Assembly (NCBI RefSeq): GCF_022846255.1 | Contig: NZ_AP025682.1 | Reading direction: 5' to 3' (one strand) | From: Escherichia coli | Lineage (GTDB): Bacteria; Pseudomonadota; Gammaproteobacteria; Enterobacterales; Enterobacteriaceae | Length of the DNA: 64,000 bases | Part shown: positions 47,440 through 63,049 of the stretch, piece by piece | Layout: each line of letters starts with the position of its first letter | How positions within the stretch are numbered: position 1 is the first letter of the stretch | Translations under genes and position numbers: made by a program | Notes under the pieces: generated by a model | What the model was told of the DNA's origin: nothing | Database searches by the model: none | What the model saw: the letters and a program-made list of their open reading frames with translations, nothing else

Positions 47440-50013
47440 ATGCGTCTGGATCGTCTTACTAATAAATTCCAGCTTGCTCTTGCCGATGCCCAATCACTTG
47501 CACTCGGGCACGACAACCAATTCATCGAACCACTTCATTTAATGAGCGCCCTGCTGAATCAGGAAGGGGGTTCGGTTAGTCCTTTATTAACATCCGCTGG
47601 CATAAATGCTGGCCAGTTGCGCACAGATATCAATCAGGCATTAAATCGTTTACCGCAGGTTGAAGGTACTGGTGGTGATGTCCAGCCATCACAGGATCTG
47701 GTGCGCGTTCTTAATCTTTGCGACAAGCTGGCGCAAAAACGTGGTGATAACTTTATCTCGTCAGAACTGTTCGTTCTGGCGGCACTTGAGTCTCGCGGCA
47801 CGCTGGCCGACATCCTGAAAGCAGCAGGGGCGACCACCGCCAACATTACTCAAGCGATTGAACAAATGCGTGGAGGTGAAAGCGTGAACGATCAAGGTGC
47901 TGAAGACCAACGTCAGGCTTTGAAAAAATATACCATCGACCTTACCGAACGAGCCGAACAAGGCAAACTCGATCCGGTGATTGGTCGTGATGAAGAAATT
48001 CGCCGTACCATTCAGGTGCTGCAACGTCGTACTAAAAATAACCCGGTATTGATTGGTGAACCCGGCGTCGGTAAAACTGCCATCGTTGAAGGTCTGGCGC
48101 AGCGTATTATCAACGGCGAAGTGCCCGAAGGGTTGAAAGGCCGCCGCGTACTGGCGCTGGATATGGGCGCGCTGGTGGCTGGGGCGAAATATCGCGGTGA
48201 GTTTGAAGAACGTTTAAAAGGCGTACTTAACGATCTTGCTAAACAGGAAGGCAACGTCATCCTGTTTATCGACGAATTACATACCATGGTCGGCGCGGGT
48301 AAAGCCGATGGCGCAATGGACGCCGGAAACATGCTGAAACCTGCTCTGGCGCGTGGTGAATTGCACTGCGTAGGTGCCACGACGCTTGACGAATATCGCC
48401 AGTACATCGAAAAAGATGCTGCGCTGGAACGTCGTTTCCAGAAAGTGTTTGTTGCCGAGCCTTCTGTTGAAGATACCATTGCTATTCTGCGTGGCCTGAA
48501 AGAACGTTATGAGCTGCACCACCATGTGCAAATTACTGACCCGGCAATTGTTGCAGCGGCGACGTTGTCTCATCGCTACATTGCTGACCGTCAGCTGCCG
48601 GATAAAGCCATCGACCTGATCGATGAAGCAGCATCCAGCATTCGTATGCAGATTGACTCAAAACCAGAAGAACTCGACCGACTCGATCGTCGTATCATCC
48701 AGCTCAAACTGGAACAACAGGCGTTAATGAAAGAGTCTGATGAAGCCAGTAAAAAACGCCTGGATATGCTCAACGAAGAACTGAGCGACAAAGAACGTCA
48801 GTACTCCGAGTTAGAAGAAGAGTGGAAAGCAGAGAAAGCCTCGCTTTCTGGTACGCAGACCATTAAAGCGGAACTGGAACAGGCGAAAATCGCTATTGAA
48901 CAGGCTCGCCGTGTGGGTGACCTGGCGAGGATGTCTGAACTGCAATACGGCAAAATCCCGGAACTGGAAAAGCAACTGGAAGCCGCAACGCAGCTCGAAG
49001 GCAAAACTATGCGTCTGTTGCGTAATAAAGTGACCGATGCCGAAATTGCTGAAGTGCTGGCGCGTTGGACGGGAATTCCGGTTTCTCGCATGATGGAAAG
49101 CGAGCGCGAAAAACTGCTGCGTATGGAGCAAGAACTGCACCATCGCGTTATTGGTCAGAACGAAGCGGTTGATGCGGTATCTAACGCTATTCGTCGTAGC
49201 CGTGCGGGGCTGGCGGATCCAAATCGCCCGATTGGTTCATTCCTGTTTCTCGGCCCAACGGGTGTGGGGAAAACAGAGCTTTGTAAGGCGCTGGCGAACT
49301 TTATGTTTGATAGCGACGAGGCGATGGTCCGTATCGATATGTCCGAGTTTATGGAGAAACACTCGGTGTCTCGTCTGGTTGGTGCGCCTCCGGGATATGT
49401 TGGTTATGAAGAAGGTGGCTATCTGACCGAAGCGGTGCGTCGTCGTCCGTATTCCGTCATCCTGCTGGATGAAGTGGAAAAAGCGCATCCGGATGTCTTC
49501 AACATTCTGTTGCAGGTACTGGATGATGGGCGTCTGACTGACGGGCAGGGGAGAACGGTCGACTTCCGTAATACGGTCGTCATTATGACCTCTAACCTCG
49601 GTTCCGATCTGATTCAGGAACGTTTTGGTGAACTGGATTATGCGCACATGAAAGAGCTGGTGCTCGGTGTGGTAAGCCATAACTTCCGTCCGGAATTCAT
49701 TAACCGTATCGATGAAGTCGTCGTCTTCCATCCGCTGGGTGAACAACACATTGCGTCGATTGCGCAGATTCAGTTGAAACGTCTGTACAAACGTCTGGAA
49801 GAACGTGGTTATGAAATCCACATTTCTGACGAGGCGCTGAAACTGCTGAGCGAGAACGGTTACGATCCGGTCTATGGTGCACGTCCTCTGAAACGTGCTA
49901 TCCAGCAGCAGATCGAAAACCCGCTGGCACAGCAAATACTGTCTGGTGAATTGGTTCCGGGTAAAGTTATTCGCCTGGAAGTTAATGAAGACCGGATCGT
50001 CGCCGTCCAGTAA
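47440..50013 (+). CDS. clpB: Disaggregase chaperone ClpB (857 aa)
   Basis: Two AAA+ modules (GEPGVGKT and GPTGVGKT Walker A motifs); start at [10 protein letters not shown] with GGAGG 4 nt upstream. Confidence 0.97.
47884..50013 (+). other. clpB: Internal GTG start (Val149) for the N-terminally truncated ClpB isoform
   Basis: GGAGGTGA at 47872-47879 lies 4 nt before GTG 47884-47886 within clpB; a short ClpB-80 isoform starting here is established for E. coli. Confidence 0.5.
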
Positions 50014-50020
50014 TGATAAA

Positions 50021-50043
50021 ACGAGCCTTCGGGGCTCGTTTTT
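50021..50043 (+). terminator. clpB intrinsic terminator
   Basis: ACGAGCC-TTCG-GGGCTCGT followed by TTTTT, 8 bp after the clpB stop. Confidence 0.8.
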
Positions 50044-50126
50044 GTCTATAAGTTAGACGGAAAAGACTATATTAAAGATGTTTTGCCTGAAAAATGAGCG
50101 AACAATAAAGTTTTTATATTTTTTGC

Positions 50127-50154
50127 TTGTCAGGCCGGAATAACTCCCTATAAT
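50127..50154 (+). promoter_or_regulatory. rrn P1 promoter (-35 TTGTCA, 16-bp spacer, -10 TATAAT, GC-rich discriminator) with upstream AT-rich UP element
   Basis: TTGTCAGGCCGGAATAACTCCCTATAATGCGCCACC, preceded by A/T tracts at about 50085-50125. Confidence 0.85.
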
Positions 50155-50244
50155 GCGCCACCACTGACACGGAACAACGGCAAACACGCCGCCGGGTCAG
50201 CGGGGTTCTCCTGAGAACTTCGGCAGAGAAAGCAAAAATAAATG

Positions 50245-50273
50245 CTTGACTCTGTAGCGGGAAAGCGTATCAT
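50245..50273 (+). promoter_or_regulatory. rrn P2 promoter (-35 TTGACT, -10 TATCAT), followed by the boxA antitermination region
   Basis: TTGACTCTGTAGCGGGAAAGCGTATCAT, then leader with boxA-like TGCTCTTTAACAA at about 50312-50324. Confidence 0.75.
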
Positions 50274-50452
50274 GCACACCCCGCGCCGCTGAGAAAAAGC
50301 GAAGCGGCACTGCTCTTTAACAATTTATCAGACAATCTGTGTGGGCACTCGAAGATACGGATTCTTGACGTCGCAAGACGAAAAATGAATACCAAGTCTC
50401 TGAGTGAACACGTAATTCATTACGAAGTTTAATTCACGAGCATCAAACTTTT

Positions 50453-51994
<1,542 letters not shown>

Positions 51995-52079
51995 CCTTAA
52001 AGAAGCGTACTTTGCAGTGCTCACACAGATTGTCTGATAGAAAGTGAAAAGCAAGGCGTCTTGCGAAGCAGACTGATAC

Positions 52080-52155
52080 GTCCCCTTCGTCTAGAGGCCC
52101 AGGACACCGCCCTTTCACGGCGGTAACAGGGGTTCGAATCCCCTAGGGGACGCCA
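52080..52155 (+). tRNA. gltW: tRNA-Glu (anticodon UUC) in the 16S-23S spacer
   Basis: GTCCCCTTCGTCTAGAGGCCCAGGACACCGCCCTTTCACGGCGGTAACAGGGGTTCGAATCCCCTAGGGGACGCCA, 76 nt cloverleaf. Confidence 0.97.
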
Positions 52156-52387
52156 AGCGTTAACTGATGAGGTCAAACCTCCCAGGGGACGCCACTTGCT
52201 GGTTTGTGAGTGAAAGTCACCTGCCTTAATATCTCAAAACTCATCTTCGGGTGATGTTTGAGATATTTGCTCTTTAAAAATCTGGATCAAGCTGAAAATT
52301 GAAACACTGAACAACGAGAGTTGTTCGTGAGTCTCTCAAATTTTCGCAACACGATGATGAATCGCAAGAAACATCTTCGGGTTGTGA

Positions 52388-55291
<2,904 letters not shown>

Positions 55292-55389
55292 ACAACGCCG
55301 AAGATGTTTTGGCGGATAGAGAGAAGATTTTCAGCCTGATACAGATTAAATCGACAGGTCATAACGAGACGTGTTGATAAAACAGAATT

Positions 55390-55509
55390 TGCCTGGCGGC
55401 CGTAGCGCGGTGGTCCCACCTGACCCCATGCCGAACTCAGAAGTGAAACGCCGTAGCGCCGATGGTAGTGTGGGGTCTCCCCATGCGAGAGTAGGGAACT
55501 GCCAGGCAT
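55390..55509 (+). rRNA. rrfG: 5S ribosomal RNA (120 nt)
   Basis: TGCCTGGCGGCCGTAGCGCGGTGGTCCCACCTGACC ... GGGAACTGCCAGGCAT. Confidence 0.98.
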
Positions 55510-55522
55510 CAAATTAAGCAGA

Positions 55523-55548
55523 AGGCCATCCGTCAGGATGGCCTTTTT
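55523..55548 (+). terminator. rrn operon intrinsic terminator
   Basis: AGGCCATCC-GTCA-GGATGGCCT followed by TTTTT, 14 bp after the 5S rRNA. Confidence 0.85.
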
Positions 55549-55831
55549 GCGCTGGTGCAGAAAAAAATGCCTAATGCGATGCTGCGCGTCTTATACTCCC
55601 ACATATGCCAGATTCAGCAACGGATACGGTTTCCCCAACTTGCCTACTTCCATACGTGTCCTCCTTACCAGAAATTTATCCTTAAGCTCCTCAATAACCA
55701 TTTTCCTGCTAACTAAATTCATGGTTAAGGTTGCATAACGATACGCAACAAATGTATAGCATTTTCTTTACCAAAAAAATAAACAACAGCGACCGACAAA
55801 AGCATCGGATTACGGCAGGAGACATAATGGC

Positions 55832-57130
55832 ATGGCTGAAAGTACTGTAACGGCAGACAGCAAACTGACAAGTAGTGATACTCGTCGCCGCATTTGGGCA
55901 ATTGTGGGGGCCTCTTCAGGTAATTTGGTCGAGTGGTTCGATTTCTATGTCTACTCGTTCTGTTCACTCTACTTCGCCCACATCTTCTTCCCTTCCGGGA
56001 ACACGACGACTCAACTACTGCAAACAGCAGGTGTTTTTGCTGCGGGATTTCTGATGCGCCCAATAGGCGGTTGGCTATTTGGTCGCATAGCCGATAAACA
56101 TGGTCGCAAAAAATCGATGCTATTATCGGTGTGTATGATGTGTTTCGGCTCACTGGTTATCGCCTGTTTGCCAGGCTACGAAACAATCGGTACCTGGGCT
56201 CCGGCATTATTGCTTCTCGCTCGTTTATTCCAGGGATTATCCGTTGGCGGAGAATATGGCACCAGCGCCACCTATATGAGTGAAGTTGCCGTTGAAGGGC
56301 GCAAAGGTTTTTACGCATCATTTCAGTATGTGACGTTGATCGGCGGGCAACTGCTAGCCCTACTGGTTGTCGTGGTTTTACAACATACCATGGAAGACGC
56401 AGCACTCAGAGAGTGGGGATGGCGTATTCCTTTCGCGTTAGGAGCTGTGTTAGCTGTTGTGGCGTTGTGGTTACGTCGTCAGTTAGATGAAACTTCGCAA
56501 CAAGAAACGCGCGCTTTAAAAGAAGCTGGATCTCTGAAAGGATTATGGCGCAATCGCCGTGCATTCATCATGGTTCTCGGTTTTACCGCTGCGGGCTCCC
56601 TTTGTTTCTATACCTTCACCACTTATATGCAGAAGTATCTGGTAAATACTGCGGGAATGCATGCCAACGTGGCGAGTGGCATTATGACTGCCGCATTGTT
56701 TGTATTCATGCTTATTCAACCACTTATTGGCGCGCTGTCGGATAAGATTGGTCGCCGTACCTCAATGTTATGTTTCGGTTCTCTGGCAACCATTTTTACC
56801 GTTCCTATTCTCTCAGCATTGCAGAACGTTTCCTCGCCTTATGCCGCTTTTGGTCTGGTGATGTGCGCCCTGCTGATAGTGAGTTTTTATACTTCAATCA
56901 GTGGAATACTGAAGGCTGAGATGTTCCCGGCACAGGTTCGCGCATTAGGCGTTGGTCTGTCATATGCGGTCGCCAATGCTATATTTGGTGGGTCGGCGGA
57001 GTACGTAGCGTTGTCGCTGAAATCAATAGGAATGGAAACAGCCTTCTTCTGGTATGTGACCTTGATGGCCGTGGTGGCGTTTCTGGTTTCACTAACATTG
57101 CACCGTAAAGGAAAAGGGATGCGGCTTTAG
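55832..57130 (+). CDS. kgtP: Alpha-ketoglutarate:H+ symporter KgtP (MFS, 432 aa)
   Basis: Translation recognised; immediately downstream of the rRNA operon. Confidence 0.95.
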   Translation: MAESTVTADSKLTSSDTRRRIWAIVGASSGNLVEWFDFYVYSFCSLYFAHIFFPSGNTTTQLLQTAGVFAAGFLMRPIGGWLFGRIADKHGRKKSMLLSVCMMCFGSLVIACLPGYETIGTWAPALLLLARLFQGLSVGGEYGTSATYMSEVAVEGRKGFYASFQYVTLIGGQLLALLVVVVLQHTMEDAALREWGWRIPFALGAVLAVVALWLRRQLDETSQQETRALKEAGSLKGLWRNRRAFIMVLGFTAAGSLCFYTFTTYMQKYLVNTAGMHANVASGIMTAALFVFMLIQPLIGALSDKIGRRTSMLCFGSLATIFTVPILSALQNVSSPYAAFGLVMCALLIVSFYTSISGILKAEMFPAQVRALGVGLSYAVANAIFGGSAEYVALSLKSIGMETAFFWYVTLMAVVAFLVSLTLHRKGKGMRL

Positions 57131-57450
57131 TGACGGGTCAGTTGCCAGACGGTATAGCCGGTGCTTGCACCGGCGATATCCCAGGCAAAATCCTTCCAGC
57201 TCCAGCCGCTCCCCTCAGGGCGGCTATCCCAAAGCTCTTTTGACGCCCCCAGACTGACAGAGAACATCAATCCAAACATGGCACTGCGATCCCGGCTCAT
57301 CCCCTGATGCTGTGAATATTCATTTCCGGCGGCGGAAAGCATCGCCGAGGCGATAAAGTGTTGAGCTTTATCCTGCCCGCTCCAGCTATCGTTAGCCATA
57401 TGGCTGCATCCAGAAAGTAACAATAGCGAACAGACAAAAAGAATACGCAA
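57127..57450 (-). CDS. yfiM: Lipoprotein YfiM (107 aa)
   Basis: TTG start at 57448-57450 with GGAGG 7 nt upstream; lipobox LLSGC; the ORF-track start 7 codons upstream lacks a ribosome-binding site. Confidence 0.75.
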   Translation of the reverse strand: MRILFVCSLLLLSGCSHMANDSWSGQDKAQHFIASAMLSAAGNEYSQHQGMSRDRSAMFGLMFSVSLGASKELWDSRPEGSGWSWKDFAWDIAGASTGYTVWQLTRH

Positions 57451-57470
57451 AACGTGGCCTCCAAAAAACA

Positions 57471-57491
57471 AACCCCGTACAGGACGGGGTT
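57471..57491 (-). terminator. pssA intrinsic terminator
   Basis: Hairpin AACCCCGT-ACAGG-ACGGGGTT with a U-run on the minus strand, directly after the pssA stop and just upstream of the yfiM ribosome-binding site. Confidence 0.65.
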
Positions 57492-57495
57492 GTGA

Positions 57496-58851
57496 TTACA
57501 GGATGCGGCTAATTAATCGGTCGATGCGGATACGGCGCAAACGGCGGATGAGTTTACGAACCTTCACCGGATAATCGGCAATACTTTGCAGATCGCGGTA
57601 GTGCTTAACGATGGTGGTATGCTCGCGGATCAGATCCAGTTCTTTCTCTCGCTGTGGCGCAAGCTCCAGTTGCGGATCGTGGATCAAAATGGCGTTTTCC
57701 AGATCCAGACGCCAGGCGCGCGGGTTCAGGTTATTACCGGTGATCAACATCCACTTATCATCAACCCACATCCCTTTCAGGTGATAGGTGTTGTCGTCAT
57801 CTTTCCATAACCGAACCACTAACTGGTCAGTATTGACGTAATACTGCAAACGGCTCAGGAAACGACGCAGATTGATCTCATAGAGATAAGGCAATGCGCC
57901 AATTATCTTGAAAGGTTCATCTTCCGGAATGTAGAAGTCATTCGCGGTTTTATCACCAACAATAATTTCGACCTTTTTCCCTTCGCGCAGCAACTGGATA
58001 ATATTGCGCACAAGGATTGCTGGCAGGTTGAAGTATGGCGTACAGATGGTTAGTTTCTGCTCGGCACAAGGCATAAGATGGAAAATGGTCTTGTTCAACA
58101 GACTCGATTTCCCCAGCCCCACTAGCGGCGTTACGGAAAGCTGATCGTTGTCGGCATCGCCCTGGAAATGATAAGCGGCATCACGCAGCTCCTGGCGGAA
58201 CAGGCGAATGTCGTTCTTGATTTCCGGGCTTTTTGGCCGATTAACATCATCCAGACGATTAACGCCGCGGCCATTCATAATATTCTGTGTAACCCATTCA
58301 AACATAATGTCTGACATCTTACGGTTACGGATCAGATGATAACGGTCGTAGCGATATTTATCGTGCTGATGCAGGTAAACATCGTTCAGGCTGGCACCGC
58401 TATAAAGTACGCTATCGTCGATGATAAAGCCTTTAAAGTGCAGAACACCAAGGGCTTCACGGGTATTGATTGGAACGCCATAAACTGGAACATCTACGCC
58501 CGGATTTTCCTGCGCCATGCGGCAGTACCAGTCAGCGTTAGTGTTAGATGCCGCAGCGCCAATGCGTCCACGTTGTGCACGATGCCAGTCGACCAGCACC
58601 CGTACATCCAGTTCCGGACGCTGCCTTTTAGCCTCATACAACGCGTTCAGAATGCCTTTGCCACCGTCATCCTGTTCGAGATACAGGGCGACAATGCAAA
58701 TGCGCTGCTTCGCGCTGGCTATTTTTTCCAGCAGCGTCTCCCGGAAGTCGGCGGGAGCGTAAAAGAAATCGACATCATCAACTGATTGAGAAATCTTGGG
58801 TAGTTGGGCAAGGTGTTGTTGATGTTTATTACGCTTAAATTTTGACAACAT
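57496..58851 (-). CDS. pssA: Phosphatidylserine synthase PssA (451 aa)
   Basis: Translation recognised; two PLD-type HxK motifs. Confidence 0.95.
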   Translation of the reverse strand: MLSKFKRNKHQQHLAQLPKISQSVDDVDFFYAPADFRETLLEKIASAKQRICIVALYLEQDDGGKGILNALYEAKRQRPELDVRVLVDWHRAQRGRIGAAASNTNADWYCRMAQENPGVDVPVYGVPINTREALGVLHFKGFIIDDSVLYSGASLNDVYLHQHDKYRYDRYHLIRNRKMSDIMFEWVTQNIMNGRGVNRLDDVNRPKSPEIKNDIRLFRQELRDAAYHFQGDADNDQLSVTPLVGLGKSSLLNKTIFHLMPCAEQKLTICTPYFNLPAILVRNIIQLLREGKKVEIIVGDKTANDFYIPEDEPFKIIGALPYLYEINLRRFLSRLQYYVNTDQLVVRLWKDDDNTYHLKGMWVDDKWMLITGNNLNPRAWRLDLENAILIHDPQLELAPQREKELDLIREHTTIVKHYRDLQSIADYPVKVRKLIRRLRRIRIDRLISRIL

Positions 58852-58964
58852 CACAGTGCATTTCTTCTCTGTTCATTGAAGGGTCCTCTGTGCAATGCAG
58901 ACGACATAAGCGGGCAATAATAACACCAGTCCCGATTAAGTGGTCAACATTTCCAGTACCTTAC

Positions 58965-61625
58965 TCATGATTCCTCGCGCTGGGCAAGATTTAGCGTAAG
59001 CCCAACGATCCCCTCTTCGAGCTGGATATCAACGTTAAACCCGAGCTTGCGGGCCAGCGCCACCATGCCACGATTGTTTGGCATCGTAATACCATTCAGA
59101 CGTTGCAGTCCGTGATCTCGCGTATAGGTAATCAACTTTTCCATTAAGCGTCGACCTAAGCCTAACCCTTTGAGATCCGAGCGAACAAGCACGGCAAATT
59201 CGGCATCGATGTTATCAGGGTCGGAGATCGCACGCGTGACGCCAAGGATCTCTTCTGTTTGATCAATACGTCGTACCGCCACAAAAGCCATTTCCCGATC
59301 GTAGTCGATCTGCGTCATGTTGGCTAAATCTTCATGGGTAAATTCGTTGATCTCGCTAAAGTAGCGGTAATAAAGATCTTCTTTGGTGACTCGCGAAATG
59401 AACTGCTGAAGTTGTGGCTCATCTTCTGGCAAAATCGGGCGGAACAAGCAGCGTTCACCGTTTTTCAATTCTACCCACTCTTCCAGCTGATGTGGATAAG
59501 GGCGCACTGCCAGCCGGCTCTCGTTATCGCCTTCAAACGGCGCGATATCCAGCGTGACATCCAGCGCGGTAAATTCACTGCCAGAAGCCAGCAAAGGATG
59601 AATGTCCAGACGTTGAATTTCCGGGCAATCGACAATCAAGTTGGAAACCTGCACCAGAAGCTGGCTCAAGCCTGCAACATCCAATGGGCGTAGCGCACTG
59701 CGCGCACGAATCTTTTTACTTTTGATCCCCTGAATAACCAGATAGCGGGCCAAGTTCATGTTCAGCGGCGGCAGTGCGACGACGGCTTGATCTTCAGGAC
59801 GCCACTCCACACCGCCTTCACCCAGCATGATCAACGGCCCGAAAACCGGATCGTGCTCAACCACAACCCGCAACTCCTGAGCGCCAGCACGGTTAGCCAT
59901 ACTTTGCACCAACAGGCCGTGGACCCGCGCCTGCGGCCAGGCCATTTTTACGCGATCGAAAATAGCGTTTGCCGCTTGCTGGACTTCATTGGCTGTACGT
60001 AGGTAGAGCATGACGCCCTGAACTTCCGATTTATGTGGAATATCCGGCGAGCGCAATTTCAGTGCCACCGGATAGCCAATCTGTTCGGCAATATGTACCG
60101 CTTCGGTGCTATCACTGGCAATCCAGGTAGGGAGAGTATTCATACCATACGCTTGCAGGATGGGCTGAACTTCATGGGTATCGAGCGACGTAGCCCCTTC
60201 GGCAATCGCCTGTTGCAACAGAAGATGCGCTTCTGCGGTATTGGAAGTCAGATTGCTGGGCAACGCCGGCGTTTCGCGTAGTTGCTTCTGATTACGCCGG
60301 TACTCGACCATATGCATAAAAGCAGTGATGGTTCCTTCCGGAGTACGGTAGGTCGGCAGCCCGGCTTCGCTGAATAAACGTCGTGCCTCTTGCGAAGAGT
60401 GTTCGCCGCACCAGTTCGTCAGCAGAGAGACATACTTGCTGCGAGGGTGATGCTTTACCGCTTCAATTAATGCCAGTGCGCTTTCTGTGGCGGGAGCAGC
60501 AGCACTGGGCGAATGAATAACCATCAGCGCATCAAAATCCTGGCTGTGGAGCAGAATGTCCAGCGTTTTGACATAATGCTCGCTGCTGGCGTCATCGCGC
60601 AGATCGAGCGGGTTAGAGATTGCCACATGCCCTGGCAGTGCATCGCGCAGTTTCTGGCAGGTTTCTTCGCTTAGCGTTGCCAGCTTGCCATTACGTGACC
60701 ATAAGGCATCCAGCGCCAGCGCGGCAGGCGCAGCACCGTTGCTGATAATCATCAATCGGTCGCCACGTAGCGGCCGCATATGGCTAAGGGTTTCTACCGC
60801 TGAAAACAGTTCGTGGGTGTCCTGTACCCGCAACAAACCGGCACGCTGAATAGCTGCATCCCACGCCGGATCCATTCCTGCCGTGGTGTTCAACAGACGT
60901 TGAGCCGCCGGGCTACGTCCGCTTTTAATAACCAGAATCGGTTTATTGCGCGAGGCACTACGGGCCGCCGAAACAAAGCGTCGCGCGTCGCTTAACTGTT
61001 CGAGATAGAGCAGGATGGCGCTGGTTTTACTGTCGCGCGCCAGATAGTCGAGCAATTCATCAACGTCGATATCCAGGCTGTCGCCGAGCGCAATAAAGTA
61101 GGAAAAGCCCATCTCACGCTGTTGCGCCCAGTCGAGGATGGTGTTGGAGACAGCAGCCGATTGCGAAATAAACGCCAGCTTGCCGCGTTTGATTGGCACA
61201 GGCGAAAAGCTGGCATTCAGACCTTGCCAGGGAGCCAGTAAGCCCAGACTGTTTGGTCCTAGCAGGCGCATGTTATGGCGCAGGGCACAGGCGCGGAGAT
61301 CTTCATGTTGCGATGCCGGGGCGGAAAGAATAATGCAGGTTTTACAGCCTTTCTCGCCGAGCTCTTCCAGAAGAGCAAGATTACGGCTGGCATTGGTACA
61401 TAAAACCGCAAGGTCGGGTGTAAAGGGCAAGCTGGCAATATCCGGCCAGGCCAACACACCCAACACCGCTTTCCAGGCTGGCGTCACCGGGAGTACCGGT
61501 CCGTTAAAGCCTCCCGCCAGCAGGTTACGCATCATCAGGTAACCTGCGCGATTGGGTTTCATCGATGCGCCAATTACCGCAATCGATTTTGGTCGCAGTA
61601 GTGCTTCCAGTCCTCGCTGACTCAT
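58965..61625 (-). CDS. patZ: Protein lysine acetyltransferase PatZ/Pka (YfiQ, 886 aa)
   Basis: N-terminal CoA-binding/acyl-CoA synthetase (NDP-forming)-like region and C-terminal GNAT domain; translation recognised. Confidence 0.95.
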   Translation of the reverse strand: MSQRGLEALLRPKSIAVIGASMKPNRAGYLMMRNLLAGGFNGPVLPVTPAWKAVLGVLAWPDIASLPFTPDLAVLCTNASRNLALLEELGEKGCKTCIILSAPASQHEDLRACALRHNMRLLGPNSLGLLAPWQGLNASFSPVPIKRGKLAFISQSAAVSNTILDWAQQREMGFSYFIALGDSLDIDVDELLDYLARDSKTSAILLYLEQLSDARRFVSAARSASRNKPILVIKSGRSPAAQRLLNTTAGMDPAWDAAIQRAGLLRVQDTHELFSAVETLSHMRPLRGDRLMIISNGAAPAALALDALWSRNGKLATLSEETCQKLRDALPGHVAISNPLDLRDDASSEHYVKTLDILLHSQDFDALMVIHSPSAAAPATESALALIEAVKHHPRSKYVSLLTNWCGEHSSQEARRLFSEAGLPTYRTPEGTITAFMHMVEYRRNQKQLRETPALPSNLTSNTAEAHLLLQQAIAEGATSLDTHEVQPILQAYGMNTLPTWIASDSTEAVHIAEQIGYPVALKLRSPDIPHKSEVQGVMLYLRTANEVQQAANAIFDRVKMAWPQARVHGLLVQSMANRAGAQELRVVVEHDPVFGPLIMLGEGGVEWRPEDQAVVALPPLNMNLARYLVIQGIKSKKIRARSALRPLDVAGLSQLLVQVSNLIVDCPEIQRLDIHPLLASGSEFTALDVTLDIAPFEGDNESRLAVRPYPHQLEEWVELKNGERCLFRPILPEDEPQLQQFISRVTKEDLYYRYFSEINEFTHEDLANMTQIDYDREMAFVAVRRIDQTEEILGVTRAISDPDNIDAEFAVLVRSDLKGLGLGRRLMEKLITYTRDHGLQRLNGITMPNNRGMVALARKLGFNVDIQLEEGIVGLTLNLAQREES

Positions 61626-61656
61626 ACCGGTCTCCCGCAGAAGTGACCGAATGATT

Positions 61657-62355
61657 TTAAACGCTTTCTAACTGTTCTGCTGTGATACTGCCCAGATGTT
61701 GCGTTTTTCCTGCCAGATAGCGTGTTTTAAAGCGGGTAAAATGCTCGCCTAACCCTGCCGCCGCCCCGGTATCGCCGGCCATATCTAACAGTGCGATGGC
61801 TACCTCGGCAGTACAATATTGGCCTTCAGCCTGGGCTTCACGCAGGCGATAGGCAGAAAGCCGGGAAAGATCGACGGAAATGACGGGAAGATTATCCAGA
61901 TACGGACTTTTACGAAACATCTTGCGAGCTTCAGGCCAGGTACCATCGAGCATGATAAATAGCGGAGGCTTACCGGCAGGTGGTGTGAAGATCACTTCCC
62001 GTTGCTCATCAGCATACGAGGCGGGAAAGACCACCATTGGCTGATAGTCCGGGTTTTGTACCAGATCCAGCAAATCTAGCGAGGGTTCGGTACGCGACCA
62101 TTGAAACGCAACGGTATCAGGCAAAATATCAGCAATCAGACGCCCGGTATTACTGGGCTTCATTGGCTCGGTGTCGAACATCAGCAAACAGAAGCGACTT
62201 TTTGCTTGTGCTGGGGTAATTGTCGAACAGAGACATAATGTCTCTGGCAAAAGACAGCGTTGGCAGCGACGAACGCGATTACCGCGGGCAAGAAAAGGAC
62301 GTGTTGCGCGCGCAATACGCTCGGCGCGTAACTGGAGAACAGCGTTTTCGGTCAT
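61657..62355 (-). CDS. tapT: DTW-domain tRNA aminocarboxypropyltransferase TapT (YfiP, 232 aa)
   Basis: DTW motif (..LDGTWPEARK..); start set at MTENAVLQL..., 17 codons inside the ORF-track start. Confidence 0.85.
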   Translation of the reverse strand: MTENAVLQLRAERIARATRPFLARGNRVRRCQRCLLPETLCLCSTITPAQAKSRFCLLMFDTEPMKPSNTGRLIADILPDTVAFQWSRTEPSLDLLDLVQNPDYQPMVVFPASYADEQREVIFTPPAGKPPLFIMLDGTWPEARKMFRKSPYLDNLPVISVDLSRLSAYRLREAQAEGQYCTAEVAIALLDMAGDTGAAAGLGEHFTRFKTRYLAGKTQHLGSITAEQLESV

Positions 62356-62423
62356 AAGAGAGCGTCGAAAAAACGCCATTGTCGCAGAGGAGAAAACGGG
62401 GCACAAGATGCGCCCCGGTAAGA

Positions 62424-62843
62424 TTAAAGAGATTCGTTCAGCCAGCTATCAAACGGCGCTTTCGGTACTGCGCCATTAAGCATGTCGACAACCTGACCGT
62501 TTTTGAAAATCATGATCGTCGGTATACTACGAATTCCAAAGCGACTGCTCAATTCACGTTCAGCTTCGGTATTCACTTTCACAAAGCGCACTTTACCGCT
62601 ACGCTCTTGCGCGACATCTTCAAAAATTGGTGCGAAATTACGGCAGGGGCCGCACCACGGTGCCCAGAAGTCGATCACCACAGGTAGATCATCTTTCAGC
62701 AATTTGTCGAGCGTTTCACCGGTCGCATTAATCACCTCTCCGTCAAACAAGTCGTGACCGCAGCGTCCGCATTTTGCCGCATCTTCGATCCGATCGTCGG
62801 GAATGCGATTGATGGCCTGACAATGGGTACAAACGGTATTCAT
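62424..62843 (-). CDS. trxC: Thioredoxin 2, TrxC (139 aa)
   Basis: N-terminal zinc-finger CxxC pairs plus WCGPC active site. Confidence 0.95.
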
Positions 62844-63049
62844 AACTAACCTCGGGATGAGTAAGGAGACTTATCGGCAACGACGCCGGTATGTTTCTAA
62901 TATGTTACATATTATCGGGGACATTGTTCCAGACAACAATCTGTTTTATTCAATAGGTATGATAGACACAGGCTTTGGAACGAAATCATGGCGAACCGCG
63001 CGGACTTCGGGTAATCTGCGCGCTTCGCGCAGCGCTGGTGGAGAAAAGC

